DNA of 64,000 nt from Botryllus schlosseri (GCA_051294905.1 CM119378.1:8122001-8186000); one strand, 5' to 3'; counted from the stretch's first letter, positions 1 to 13,193 are shown. A program made the numbers and translations. Notes: generated by a model not told the origin, from the sequence alone.

Positions 1-617
1 TGAACGCGAACCTTTTTGAAAGGTTCTGTGTGAACACGAACGTGAACATCGTGACGTCATATCGCTAATTCCAACCCTTTCTTTCAATGAAGTGATAGCC
101 TATGCCCTATATTAATGTACACGATACCTAGCGAAGATTCGGCCCACATAATGCCACAATGCTGAAGTACATATCGGCGTTTTAAACGTCGCTAAATGTA
201 TCAACCGCGGTAATCAAAGGATATAATAATTGCATAAAATCAGTACATTCCGTCGCTTTGCCAACAATTTCGACGAGGACTTACTAAGGAATATAAGCTT
301 ACGCCTTAACGGTCTTAGCCAGACCGGACAATGTGTTCGGAGTCTGAGTATTGCTACATTGATATTGAGCAGAGTGTACAACGGGTTTCTATACTCGCTA
401 CCGATACCACAAACAACAAGTTATGCAGCAGTATCAAGCACCTTAATCGCACGGATTTGGTTTTAATGATACAGTAAAGATATGAAGACAAGATTGACCC
501 AGTACGACCGTTCGATTTTTTACATCAGAAGACGATATCAATGTCATTGATTGGTTGACTAAGCATCATTCGCTGACTACGTATATCGATTGCGGGTCAG
601 GCTCACAGCAGAGAGTC

Positions 618-938
618 ACTAAATATTCACAAACGGAAAGCTGGATATTCCGAGAAAATTTTTGCAACAAAGCAAGTAAAATTTTTAAGGTTGTCGAGGT
701 GCATGGTGCATGCTCGTTTAGTGTTGATTTTTTATGCTGCCAGCACCATGCATGGAGTGGCCCGCAGTTGAAATGCAATAAATTTGAGCCAAAGATATTA
801 TGATGGAGTGAAAATTACAATTTACCAAAAGGTTCACAGTGCAGAACCTACCAAGGTTCTGTTGTGAACGCGAACCTCTAAATTTATGGGGTTCACACAC
901 AGAACGCGAACGTGAACCTCACGTTCACACCATCCCTA
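618..938. mobile_element. One end of a non-autonomous DNA transposon (terminus CATCCCTA, hAT-like); second copy at 41583-41898
   Basis: About 320 bp shared with 41583-41898, both ending ...GAACGTGAACCTCACGTTCA(C/A)ACCATCCCTA. The other terminus and a TSD were not found. Confidence 0.65.
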
Positions 939-2250
939 GAGAATTGCCACCAAATCGCAAAAAACTCTCGTGTTTCGATGAGCGCAGTTCCGGAAAACAA
1001 CATTTGTAGTAAATGTCCACGATATCTCTAGACGAAGCTTGTATACCACCTTAATCGTGCCAAATTTTAAAACTGTAGCAAATGTCTTAAGGGTCATAAA
1101 CACCGCCGACTTCTGGAAAAAATTACCACATTTTGGCGAATCGCGGCTGTGAGAATTGCCACGAAATCGCAAAAACCTCTCGTGTTTTGATGAGCGCAGT
1201 TCCGGAAGCCAACATTTGTAGTAAATGTCATGGTTACATCGGGTGGGTCTGGAGATAGTAGGATTCCTGGCGCGATGGCTACATCAGTATTTCTTTGTCA
1301 TGTAGTCTGACTCCTTCATGCGAAAACTAGTTCATTTCTTTCACTGGTAACGGCTCTTCGGTAGGCCTACAGCAGTAATTTCAATCTGAACAGCAAGGTA
1401 AATAGCGATGTGAGAGCTCGCGATTTTCTGGCGATCCGTCAATACGTCGTAATGTTTTCTGTAAGTGGTCGTTGTTTTGGACCCTTGAGACATTCGCTAC
1501 AGCTTTAATATTTGGCACGATTAAGGTTCTATGCAAGCTTCGTCTAGGGATATAGGGGACATTTACTACAAATGTTGTTTTTCGGAACTGCGCTCATCGA
1601 AACACGAGAGTTTTTTGCGATTTGGTGGCAATTGTCATAGACGCGATTCGCCAAAATGTGGTAATTTTTTCCAGAAGTCGGCGGTGTTTATGACCCTTAA
1701 GACATTTGCTACGGCTTTAATATTTGGCACGATTAAAGTGGTATACAAACTTCGTCTAGAGATATCGTGGACATTTACTACAAATGTTGGCTTCCGGAAC
1801 TGCGCTCATCAAAACACGAGAGGTTTTTGCGATTTGGTGGCAATTGTCATAGACGCGATTCGCCAAAATGTGGTAATTTTTTCCAGAAGTCGGCGGTGTT
1901 TATGACCCTTAAGACATTTGCTACGGCTTTAATATTTGGCACGATTAAGGTGGTATACAAGCTTCGTCTAGAGATATCGTGGACATTTACTACAAATGTT
2001 GGCTTCCGGAACTGCGCTCATCAAAACACGAGAGGTTTTTGCGATTTCGCGGCAATTCTCATAGACGCGATTGGCCAAAATGTGGTGATTTTTCCTAGAA
2101 GTCGGCGGTGGTTATGACCCTTAAGACATTTGCTACAGCTTTAAAATTTGGCACGATTAAGGTGGTATACAAGCTTCGTCTAGGGATATCGTCGACATTT
2201 ACTACAAATGTTGGATTCCGGAACTGCGCTCATCGAAACACGAGAGCTTC
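939..2250. repeat. 212-bp tandem repeat array, about 4 units on + (about 1405-2250) plus about 1.4 units inverted (939-1228)
   Basis: ATTTACTACAAATGTT recurs at 1561, 1773, 1985 and 2197 (spacing 212). 939-1228 is the reverse complement. Confidence 0.9.
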
Positions 2251-2634
2251 TCGCGTATTTGGTTGAAATATTACAAGCGCTAATTCATGGTTATCTATTT
2301 TACACACGTTTTTGGCGACGGATCTACGTAAAATTTGGTATGGACAGAGTTCTATCTACGTTCTATCATATGTCAGTGTCCAAATCCGGATATGCTATCC
2401 GGATACGCCATTGTTCCATCATCATGATGATACCACCGTTCATGTTGTTACATCTCAGATTTAGTGGCTACCCTTCGATTTGTGTGATAGAATTTTGTGT
2501 GATAACTTCACTCCGGTAGTCTGCATCGGCTGACAATGGTTGGTCACACAACTCATGAATAAGTAAAAACGTCGTCAGGTGGCCAAGTAAATATAGGCTT
2601 CACTGCATTGTCATGTTGCTTGCTCGATTTTCCC

Positions 2635-2990
2635 TTTCTTCAGATTTCACTGGCTACTTGATAAAATTGTTAGGTTGATTAAAAAAACGCTGCACACCAA
2701 CTTTGGCTCAATTCCAACCAGTGGAAGCTAGATTCGTGCAGTGAAAAGTTTTGAATTATTAAAAAATGAAAATTTCAGAATTTTTCTGTCGACCCCACAA
2801 AATTGTTAGGCTGTCACTTTTCAGTAGAGATGGTGCACACCAAATTTGGGTCGATTCCAACCACTAGAAGCGAAGTTATTGCAGTAGAAAAATTTGGTTT
2901 TGAATAAAATAGTATTTACGGCGACCAACTCATTCATTATTTATTATAAAATCATTGAATTAGAAATTTTTCTGTCTGACACATATGCTT
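2635..2990. repeat. Dispersed repeat (MITE-like) with an internal about 145-bp duplication; related copy at about 49074-49240
   Basis: TTGATAAAATTGTTAGGTTG...GCTGCACACCAACTTT...TTCCAACCAGT(G/A)GAAGCTAGATTCGTG shared with 49120-49240. Confidence 0.65.
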
Positions 2991-3670
2991 GGACCTGGAT
3001 GGCAGCCAGCTTTTCCATTTGCATACATCCGAAACGAGATTTTCCAAATTCTATCTCAACCGACTAATCGATGACCAAGGTCGTGTTAAAAGGACTTGAC
3101 GAAGTCCGTCAATCTCAACTTCTACCTATCTTTTTGGGATATCTGGTTGATTCCATTTGATATACAATTATTATAAAATTGTTCAGCTTTTAGGCTGAAA
3201 ACATATCTGGTACTGAGCGAATCCGCATAGGCCTATAATTGTTAACTGACACAATGAATGACTATTGGGCCCAGTCTAGTTCAGTAATTTTTTATAACTA
3301 CACGACAAATGAAAAATCGTATGACAGCTAGATCTGATCGAACTACTGCCGGAAAGTCTCTAACTGCAAAGACTCCATGTAATGTTTGAATTATCTACTT
3401 GGAAGGCATTGATATTCCGATAAGGAATCGGTGTCTCGTGCACACCAAACATTCTACTAACTGTACACACGGTATGATACTGGGAACAGCCTTTGCAAAC
3501 CAAATATATTACGCTAAACGTACCGGGATTCCAACCCGGTTGATATTAAACCTAGCAATTATTCCCTTGACCAAGTACCAGCACCATATCAGGATTGAAT
3601 CGGTAGCAAAAAGATCTTGATGTAACGATGAATTTTGCTTCTGCAATATCTTTTTTAAACCATTATGACT

Positions 3671-4230
3671 CGGGGTTGTAACCAAGTCACAAGGCTCCGA
3701 GTCACAAGTCAATCTCACTTTTTTAGTTTTGACTCGAGTCAAGTCGAGTCATTTTCAATTCGCCACCGAGTCAAGTCCGAGTCCGAGTCATCGAGCAGAG
3801 GTCCGAGTCATGGTATTATTACTCGAGTCCGAGTCCAAGTCATTGGGTTGACTGGTCAGTTTCCAGATAAAGTCTTGCTAAACCCACTGTTATAACTCTG
3901 TTTGGTGATATCGAATGGTTCGCATTTATTATACTAATTTTCCTCACTTTTAATAGTTTCTGGTCGCATTTTCAATTACCAGTACCGATAGACGAACTCC
4001 CAATAGGGTGGTTATACTTTACTACTCTTCGAAATTACAATGAAACATCGCTCATGGCCCTCTGAGTCTCGAGTCATATGACTTGGTTCGAGTCATGTGT
4101 AATGACTCGAGTCCTAGTCGAGTCAATACACATATTGACTCGAGTCGAGTCATTTCCGTATTTCGAGAAAATGACTAGTCAAGTCGAGTCATCAAAAAAT
4201 CGTGACTCGAGTCGAGTCATTACAACCCTG
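3671..4230. mobile_element. hAT-type MITE, GACTCGAGTC-rich family, copy 1
   Basis: TIR C(A/G)GGGTTGTAA...TTACAACCCTG; 8-bp TSD TTATGACT at 3663-3670 and 4231-4238. Confidence 0.92.
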
Positions 4231-4316
4231 TTATGACTAGAACACTTGTTATCCTCCAAACATTGTTGGTAATGCTGTCATTGATCTCTATGTCACAAAA
4301 TTGTATCTTTTAACAG

Positions 4317-4730
4317 CCCGGTAGAGTTGTTACTCTGATTGCAAAAGAAGGTGGAACTGTATGGGGCGTAGCTTACAAATTACCAAGTGATAGAGCATCG
4401 TCGATATTCAAGCAACTGGATCACAGGGAAAAAGGTGGCTATAAAGCACTCAAAGCCGTGTTTCACCCAAGGGATGAGAATGCGGATCCGATTCACTTGA
4501 ACATCTATATTGGCACTCCAGATAACCCAAATTTTGTTGGTCCTGAATCAAACAATACGATATCGGATGTTATATCAACTGCTGTTGGACCAAGTGGCCC
4601 TAATGTAGATTATTTATTAAATCTTGCCAGCTATGTGAAGAAGAACATTCCAGAAGATACAGATCAGCATTTATTTGAATTAGAAGACCTCGTCAAAAAG
4701 AAAATTGATGCTTATAAGTCCATTCCATAA
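4317..4730 (+). CDS. CHAC: ChaC-family glutathione-specific gamma-glutamylcyclotransferase, last coding exon (5' exon(s) not located in the window)
   Basis: After the acceptor TTTTAACAG (ends 4316) it reads PGRVVTL...VWGVAY...LDHREKGGY...DNPNFVGP...AVGPSGPNVDYLLNLA...stop 4728-4730, the typical ChaC motifs. CHAC1 versus CHAC2 cannot be resolved. Confidence 0.9.
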   Translation, partial: PGRVVTLIAKEGGTVWGVAYKLPSDRASSIFKQLDHREKGGYKALKAVFHPRDENADPIHLNIYIGTPDNPNFVGPESNNTISDVISTAVGPSGPNVDYLLNLASYVKKNIPEDTDQHLFELEDLVKKKIDAYKSIP

Positions 4731-5369
4731 TGCAATATTAGCCATTTCTCAGTTCCTCTGTCAACAGTATTGCGAAGGCGTTATTAGTATGCATATTAAT
4801 TGATACACATGAGCATTGTACTTTAGCCTCAGTATGTTATGATAAGTTTGTTAGTAGGTATACTACTAAATGCTTTTATTGCTATGGCCAAGACTCTGTA
4901 GCGCTATAAGCAAGATTATTTATTTCTCACATCTGAATTTGATTGTGTACATCCCTATTAAAAGAGAGTGGGTTGATCTGTCATCAACAGCATGAAAGAC
5001 TGTGGTATTGGCTAAATGGCTATAGCATGGTCCGAAGTGTGTGGGCTCTATCTGGGCTCCTCCTCCCCTGCGCCACTGCTCTTATGGGTTCTTTACAATA
5101 TAAGACACAATGACGAATGGGAAAGTGTGGAAGCCTCGAAAAGGATAGCATTCATTACGGCACATGGTGTTTCAATATCACATCGTATTGTGTCTCGTAT
5201 GTCTCATTGTACATTGTATTTGTATGTCATTAGCAGATGAAATTAATATCCACTGATTTGATTGTAATATCATTCAAGGTGCCAATCAGTTTCAATCAAT
5301 CAGTTTTATTGATATTTTCATAATTTCAAAACATCACATGACTGCGATACAATGAATGATAGGAAGGTG

Positions 5370-5960
5370 CAGGGTTGTAACCAAGTCACAAGGCTCCGAG
5401 TCACAAGTCAATTTCACTTTTATAATTTTGACTCGAGTCAAGTCGAGTCATTTTCAACTCACCACCGAGTCAAGTCCGAGTCCAAGTCATCGATCAGAGG
5501 GTCGAGTCCCAGTCATGGTATTATGACTCGAGTCGAGTCCAAGTCAATACGTCAACTGCTCCGTTCCCAGCTGAAATCTTGTTAAACTCACTTTCTATAA
5601 CTCTGTTTGGTGATTTTGAATGGTTCGCATTTATAATATAGTAATTTTCCTCACTTTTAGCAGGCTCTGATCGCATTCTCACGTGCTAGTAACAATTACC
5701 GAAATCACAACAGGGTGGTTACTTTACTATTCTTCGAAATTACGATAAAATATCGGTCTTGGCCGTCTGCGTCTCGAGTCATATGACTTGGTTCGAGTCA
5801 TGCGTAATGACTCGAGTCCAAGTCGAGTCAATACACAGATTGACTCGAGTCGAGTCATTTCCACATTTTGAGAAAATGACTCGAGTCAAGTCGAGTCATC
5901 AGAAAATCGTGACTCGAGTCTGACTCGAGTCGAGTCATGACTCGAGTCATTACAACCCTG
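5370..5960. mobile_element. hAT-type MITE, GACTCGAGTC-rich family, copy 2, inserted into a retroposon-tail repeat
   Basis: TIR CAGGGTTGTAA...TTACAACCCTG; TSD GGAAGGTG at 5362-5369 and 5961-5968; the flanks join to match the repeat at 7020-7200. Confidence 0.92.
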
Positions 5961-6781
5961 GGAAGGTGTCGGACCAACTTGGAGTAGCCTTTAACATCAG
6001 ACACCCACCTTAGCATAGGCGAAGTAAAGAAGAGGCATGCACACTGAATGAAAAGTAATGCAGAGAATATAAGACGCAAGCGACGAAATGAGGTGGCATG
6101 TGGTGGAGGTCGAGGTCCGGTAATCCTGAATGCTGGCTAGTGCCAGGATGAGTTCTTCGAAGTATAGCATGTAGGTGATTTCAAGATTGGACTACCTCTA
6201 TGAATTTTATGAAGACACTTGCTACTATGAAGGAGTAGTTTCATACTATGTTTGTGCCTTTGCTTTTTCATAGTTGAAAATAAAATGATATTTGTCAGTC
6301 AAATTCTCCCTCAGTTTGCATATACTGAAGTGGAAGGAGCGTAATCAAAAACACTTGAGTAAGTCGGCAAAGTCCACGTGAGTACTCCCGAGAAAACAAA
6401 AGATTTTATTGCATTGAGCTTCATTCATTCGGTAGCCTACTCCTCATCTAAATATAAATATCCCAACATAAACGTGAGCGGGTGGCGAATGGCGATGCTT
6501 GACGTAATCGTCGCTACCAGTCGAGCCGAACGCTTGCGGAAGAATGAATTCCCCGGGAATTTCCCATTTATGAGACGATCATCAGTGCACTACTTGAAAG
6601 TTTCGTTAATTTTTATAGAACAAAGTCGACGGATAAAACCTGCGATAAGTTATGATTTGTTTGAAACTTTACGTTGCTATTTATTTGTAGAACAGTTTTA
6701 GTAGAAACTTCGTGATGGATGCAGCCAAGGGTCGTCGCGGATTCTGCGCACCACATGGTGGTGATCACGTTTACCAGCCGG

Positions 6782-7456
6782 CAGAGATGAGCATGGATTA
6801 GGATTAGGTTTTGAAAAAACAGGATTTGTGAAATTTTGTCGGATTTGGATTGGATTTGGATTAGACATTTTTTTTGGAACGGATTAGGGTTTGGATTGGA
6901 TTTACCTATTTTCTGGGAGATTGAAATGTCGTGTGGCGAATGGCGACAAACTTTATTCAGATCAGTTATTATCATCATCATCATCATTGGTTTATTAGCA
7001 ATTTTATCAGTTCAATACACCACAAAAATGCGATACAATGAAAAGACAGGAAGATGTCGAAGCGACAAGGAGTAGTCTATGGAATCTGACACCCACCTTG
7101 GCCTAGGCGATGTAAAGAGGAGGCATGCACACTGAATGAAAGTAAAGAAGATAGTATAGAAAAAGAAAGCGACAAGAAATAGGGCGGCATGTCATGGGAA
7201 GCGAGATCGATAGGTCAGTCGTGGTCCGGTAATCTTGAGGATGGACTGTACTTATGGTTACTAAGTTATCTTGAATCAAATGAATCGTTGGTTGTGAAAG
7301 ATAATTTTGGAATCCCTCCATTGCATACATTGGTATTTTTTCTGAATTTCCAGTTGGAATCGGATTAGGATTGGACATTGACTTGAATATGAAAAAGTTA
7401 TGGATTAGGATTTGGATTGGATTAGGACATAGAAATTTCAAATCCGCTCATCTCTG
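6782..7456. mobile_element. hAT-type MITE (TIR CAGAGATGAGC) with GGATT(T/A)GG-rich subtermini, 124 bp upstream of the RCE1 ATG
   Basis: CAGAGATGAGC...GCTCATCTCTG; TSD CCAGCCGG at 6774-6781 and 7457-7464; carries a nested retroposon tail. Confidence 0.9.
6967..7210 (-). mobile_element. 3' tail of a non-LTR retroposon (LINE 3' UTR or SINE) ending in AATAAA plus (ATG)n
   Basis: Minus strand ends ...GCTAATAAACCAATGATGATGATGATGAT. Related copies at about 5330-6110, 19590-19710, 55100-55295 and 60997-61106 (opposite orientation). Confidence 0.7.
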
Positions 7457-7544
7457 CCAGCCGGTCGGTGGCCCGACCAAAGATCAATGAAGAAGTCGGC
7501 GACGTAGAGCCGTAGTAGAGGCCGGATTTGTGGCTGATATCGTA

Positions 7545-7578
7545 CCGGAAGTTGTTCGTTGTTATTGTGTACTTCCGG
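7545..7578. promoter_or_regulatory. Pair of inverted Ets/GABP-type CCGGAAGT sites just upstream of the RCE1 start
   Basis: CCGGAAGT at 7545-7552 and ACTTCCGG at 7571-7578; function inferred only. Confidence 0.4.
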
Positions 7579-7579
7579 C

Positions 7580-8787
7580 ATGGATACCGTAAACTTCGAT
7601 GACTTGAATCCAACGACTGCAGTAACAGCTTGCCTAACGTTAGCCTTGATGTACGTGGGTAGTCTTTATGTGTGGACAAGCAATCTACCAAGGTAGTAAA
7701 ATGAAGCGTATTTGCTAAATAAAATCAATCACAATTCCTATTTTAAGGGACGATCCACTGACCATAAAGGAACGCTTTCGTCGAGTCTTGTTTACCTCTA
7801 TTATTAGCGTGATATTCGCCCACTACATATCTTCCGATGTTCCTTCTAAAAATAATGCTTATGTGTACGAGTGGTTAGGAATAAGATATCGAGGAATTTT
7901 GGCCGCTTCCATTCTACCTCTTTTACTATTCATGACACTGTTCCTTGGGCCACTTTATCATATGATATTAGAAGATGGATTCCGGAATTACCATCCGCGA
8001 ATGTGGAAATTTTATTTGGCAGACCTCCGCTACTGGAGAAATTATATTGTGGTAAGCCATGGAAATGCTGAATTGCTGTCACGTAATAGGCAACTAGTAA
8101 CTGTTTTTGATTATATAGGCGCCATTCTCTGAGGAACTGGTGTTTCGTGGCTGCATGCTGCCTATATTGGTGCCAGGTTTCGGGGCACAAATATCAACCA
8201 TACTGGCTCCAAGCTTTTTTGGAATAGGTAAGACTCAATTTGCCTTTTGAGATAAATTGCCTTATATTGTGCTATAGTAGGAAATATATTCCGTCAAATA
8301 AGTGCTTGCTGTGCAGTAACCACCCAAAAGTGGGATAATTCCCCTGCATCTATGGCTTCGAAAATCTCTACGCTCTGTATGGGATAAGTTGATAGCTCCA
8401 GACAAGTACATTTTTACATGATATTGGATATGCCCTCAAGATTAACAATGTTTTTCAGCGCATGCTCATCACGCATGGGAGAAGTACTTCAGAAACAACT
8501 ATCCACTCAACTCCGTTATTTTAAGCACAGTGTTCCAGGCGTTTTACACAACTATTTTCGGTGGACTGTCATCTTGGCTTTTCTTGAGGACTGGCCACCT
8601 TACTAGCGTTGTCATTTGTCATACTTTTTGTAACATGATGGGATTTCCAGACTTTGAAGGGGTATTTTACCATGAAAGACGAATATCCATCTCACTTGCT
8701 TATGTCGTTGGCCTTGTTTTGTTTATTTGGCTCGCCAACCCCATTACTGAACCTTCAATATATGGGAATATATTGTATGCGGAGTGA
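7580..8787 (+). CDS. RCE1: CAAX prenyl protease 2 (Ras-converting enzyme 1), 4 exons, 284 aa
   Basis: Exons 7580-7692, 7748-8051, 8119-8227, 8459-8787 (855 nt, all GT-AG). Motifs YVGSLYVW, APFSEELVFRGCMLP, HAHH, CHTFCNMMGFPDF. Confidence 0.95.
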
Positions 8788-9366
8788 AGATATACAAGAA
8801 CTGACACTGGTGTAGCGCTACCTAATTTTGTATTGCCCGCAATATTTTTTTAAAATGTATTTATGTGGTGAATTTATCTGGGAAAATCATATTGAACAGC
8901 CATCTTTACAAATAAACTCGATTACATCAGGTTCCTATTTTCATGCAAACTCCTTAACTATGCCAATTGGCTAACTGAAAAATGTGGTTCATTAGGAGGG
9001 CTCAACAACCAAATCACAATCTTGTTAGTAGTTGTACAACATCCATCACGCTTGGTAGTTTGATATATAGTAAATCGTATAGTTACACCTGATACCTTCC
9101 AAGATCATACTATTTAAAACCTGCAGCAGTGCTACATAAATGAAGGGTTAAAATATCCAAAGTTTAATTTCTGAAGCTGTGAGACCAGTAAAAATACATC
9201 GGACGCAAATTGCACACCACTGATTTGTAAGATTTGTGGTTGTATTTGCTCTAAAATTATGTATGAAAATGATTCTGTCAAGTGCTGTTATTTCGATTAG
9301 AGCACGAATAGGTATCGTGAAAACCGAGAAGTTGAAACCTACGTCCTACTCTTGTAGGCCGTCATG

Positions 9367-12014
9367 CTATGAGTTGGGTGGTACAACCTTTTTCATCCAA
9401 AACTTGCATTGAAATTCGCTACACTCGTCATCGTCCACATCGTTGTATAGGGAGGCTGTTTTACAGGGGGCACATGATGATTTTGGGATGGGTGGTGGAG
9501 GCGGCGCAATGGGAACATCTTGTGGATATGAAGCTGGCGTTTTTTCGATATGATCTTGGTTAGCAGTGGTCCGGGTCTGGCAAGGAGTTGAAGCTTTTCC
9601 ATATAGATCACTTAACTGAAAAAGTGTTGCAGTAAAATGAAAAAAACACAATGGAAACAAAGAAATGGACCTGCGATATTTTCCCCTCCATTTTGGAATT
9701 GGCAACTTCTTGGATTGGGTCACACTTTTGGTAACCACACTTGTGGTAAAATTTCATCACATCCGTCCGCAAGTAGAAAGTGTGGAAGCCTTTACCTCGC
9801 ATATGTTCCTCAGCAAGAAGCATAAGCTTCAGCCCCAATCCCTGACCTCTTTTGTGATCCTTTATAATAACTAAACAGATGTACATATGGCAGTAGCTTC
9901 TCGCTCATTATTAAATACTAGATGGCTCTTGGATGATGAAAATATGTGGCAGCATCGTTTGTTGTAGATTGACCTGTTTGGTGCTAAATACAGACATACA
10001 ATGCACACAAAACGTGGGATGGAAAGTCTGTGAAAGCCTAGGCCTATCGAAAATCGCCATTGTTCCTACAACATTATCCACTCATGAAATTAAAGTTGAC
10101 ATTAACTAGCGACGAGCAAAGGTCACAATTCTTAGACCTAAACACTTGTAATTCGGGCAGAGATAGAGGTGCAAGGTGAAAGGTCAGAGTGACTGTAGCT
10201 ACAAATCATCTTGATATTAACGTACAGGTCAGCAGAATTGTCATTATTATTCAAACTTACCTGAGCTAAAGTACAAGGCTCTAGGTTTGTTCATGACTTT
10301 GGTAATCCTTGCATGTCCAATTAGTTCAGCATCCTTCCCCACAAACCTCAGCATAATTACATGATACGGAAAATCATCATTAGATTGCTGTAGTTTCCGT
10401 TCTCTAAAAATCACAGTTGAGTTAATCAGAACCAAAAAAAAATGATGCAACGTAAATTTGCATGGAACTTGGCATCACAAATTTTCTTAACACTCTTTTC
10501 GACCAGCAGCATGAGTTCCAACCACTAAAGTATAGCAGATGTATTCATCTAAACCAGAGGCTTCTTAGATATTTTGCTTTACATTGTCAACGTAAGAAGT
10601 AGACCAGTCCCTTAACAATAGACAATTTATATCTTAGTCAAAAATGATCATAAATTTTACTGGGGGTGACGATATGACCTGTAAAGGTGTAATTACTCGT
10701 CACGAACATAGCGGTGGAGTACGGTATCACAGCAGTGTATTCATTGAAACAGTTGATAGTCTGCAAACCATATGACATAACAGGGTAGAAGAATTGACGT
10801 ACAGATAAAATATAATTACAGCAGTTGTGCAACATGTTAATAAAAAAAATATGAAGTTAAAACTAACAAAGAAAAGGTACGGCAAATTTAAATTTTAGAC
10901 CACTGAAAACATCCAAGGCATTGGATGTAGTTGACAAGATCACTGTCAAAAAACAAAGCTGGAGTGGAGAGTGTTTAGAAATTATATCAACAGAATTAGA
11001 AATAGCCTATTGCATGATAAATATGATGATGTAATCACTTAATGGACTATGGCTAAATATTTAATAGATGAAGTAAAAAGCATTGAAGAATTCTTATAAG
11101 ACGAAATTTGAAATAGTATATACCGGTACATAACGATGAAGACTAATATAGTAAGTTTGACAGTACTCAAGCAGAGTAGTTACCCAATCAGTAGGGAAAG
11201 TCTTGGCAACTTATTTTACAACTTCGAGCAGCTTCCTTAATACTTATTAAGTTAAGCAGTATGGTGTTTTAAGCTGCTTGAAGAAATCTTATATTGCAAC
11301 TTTTTTTCATGCAACTATTTTTGATTTTTCATGCAACTTTTTTCGATTTTTTATGCAACTAACTTTTCACTGGAAATATTTGGCACTATGTAAATAGATC
11401 ACTAGATTATTTCACTGTCGTTTAAATGTCAGGTTCTTTCTGATTTTACATACATTCAATCTAGACCGCCGAAAACTATATTTTCACTAGGTCAATTTTT
11501 TTCAGGCTATTGATTTTGCTGAAGTCGCCAACATTGAGTTTTGCTACATTGCCTTGGATTGATTCAAGTATCTCATACCGGCATACCCTAATAATTTCGT
11601 ATAAGTTGTCCATGAATGCAACTTTTGTGAAAATTAAATGCAACAAATGCAACATCACATCTAACTTCGCAAGAGGGTGTGTTTGCACTTACAGGCCTAC
11701 ATGTTGCTGCATAACATTTGATTTTAAATCATAGAGGCAGATTACATCGCTGCCGCTTCACTCGAAAAAATGACTAAAACATACACTATACTTCCATCAC
11801 CTCGGTGATGGTGCTCTACGTCTGAACGCAGAGAGAGCTAGACCTATAGATATATATATACACAATTATATATGCATATTGCAGCCACTTGGCCACACTC
11901 TTACCTCATACCGACGCTTCTTTTCCATTCCTTGCACAGCATCTCCGCGCACTCAGTTGCGAATTGACTGAATTTATCATCGTGCAATGGCACAACAACG
12001 AACTCCTCTGTCAT
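9367..12014 (-). CDS. NAA80: N-alpha-acetyltransferase 80 (actin N-terminal acetyltransferase, GNAT), 4 exons, 233 aa
   Basis: Exons 12014-11905, 10403-10261, 9870-9671, 9615-9367 (702 nt). CAEMLCKEWKRS, QSNDDFP, IGHARI, acetyl-CoA motif RGQGLG, poly-proline APPPPPIP and C-terminal FWMKK match the NAA80/NAT6 layout. Confidence 0.88.
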
Positions 12015-12281
12015 AATTTCATGGGATGTTCCAGTAAAAGCAATAAGTCACGGAGACGATACTACCCGCCGAACGAACAGCCTTTGTGTCACCAACTCCC
12101 AATAGGACTTGAACCACCAATCCGCCTGCACCATAAGCCAAACACAATAGCTGCGATCCGAAATCGCAAATCGGTGCTGTCGATATTTTAACCAGTGGTT
12201 CTATAGTCGAGTTTACGTCATTTTATTTACATAATATTGTGCGCTCGTTCTCACATATATAAATAATGTTTTCGTGTAGGC

Positions 12282-13193
12282 CAGTGGTTCTTAACCTGGG
12301 GGTAATTACCCCCAAAGGGGTAATTTAACAATTTTTGGGGGGTAATTCATATTGACGTTTTTTATATACTTATAACGCTGCACTGAAGTATTTTCAAACG
12401 TATAAATATGAATGTATACTGTATAGGCTAACATATTTGTGCGAGCTTGTATATATTTCGTTTCGCTTAACACACCATGCCTGCTGTGATATCATGGTAA
12501 CCATCAGTGATTTTGATTATGAATAACATGGCATGAATTTAGTTTAGTATAGGGCTAGGTAAATCCAATTTATTTTGCAGTAGTGCGGATCATATATTTT
12601 TGCGCATGCTGGCTAATTGAAAAACAACAATGGGCGTTTAGCTTTGCACCAATAATGCAGCAGCAATATCGTAGAAATATACTTGTTAGTATTAAAAAGT
12701 GTCGTGGTCTAGCTTCGTCAGTAAAATTACCGGTAAGTCTCAAATCATCAAAATGCCTTCAAAGAAACGAGTAGAAGATTTTGGAATCTTTTTGGGTTCG
12801 CCTTCAAAATAGATAACCAATCTTTGTCATAACGGCATTGAACTTTCTGATTGAATTTCCTTTAACTTATTGCTGTGAAGTAGGTTTTTTGCAATGTATC
12901 TATCTAAACGAAAAAAGTTTTCGATTGGCAGTTACACGAGATGCTGTCTGTTATCCCCCCCCCCCCCCCCTTTGTCTAGATTTCACCACTGCTGGATAAC
13001 AGGAAAACAGCATCAACCTTCCCATTGACTTCATATTTCTAACAGGCATTCGAGTGTACATTATGACATCATCTTGGTGCTGTTTTACAATTAATTGAGT
13101 GCAAGCTGTAATTTGTCATTTTTTGAAGAGGGGTAATTGCATCCCGTCATTTTCCTCTTGGGGGTAACGATATGAAAAAGGTTAAGAACCAGT
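12282..13193. mobile_element. Non-autonomous hAT (Charlie-like) element
   Basis: CAGTGGTTCTTAACC...GGTTAAGAACCAGT with GGGGTAATT subterminal motifs at both ends; no TSD recognised. Confidence 0.65.

Noticed and set aside
1531-2117. Near-identical 116-124 aa ORFs
   Set aside because: They are translations of the 212-bp tandem unit in shifting frames, with no protein family signal.
2281-2320. IHGYLFYTRFWRR as the missing ChaC 5' exon
   Set aside because: It lacks FGYGSL and the HRG motif and has no suitable donor, so the resemblance is probably chance.
3665-6079. MTRVES/SSQVES-type ORFs (also 13533-13733)
   Set aside because: They are products of GACTCGAGTC repeats inside TSD-bounded MITEs.
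10899-11041. Plus-strand frame with an in-frame TGA (GIGCS*QDHC) inside NAA80 intron 1, considered as a nested selenoprotein exon
   Set aside because: No recognisable selenoprotein motif, no consistent upstream exon chain and no SECIS identified.
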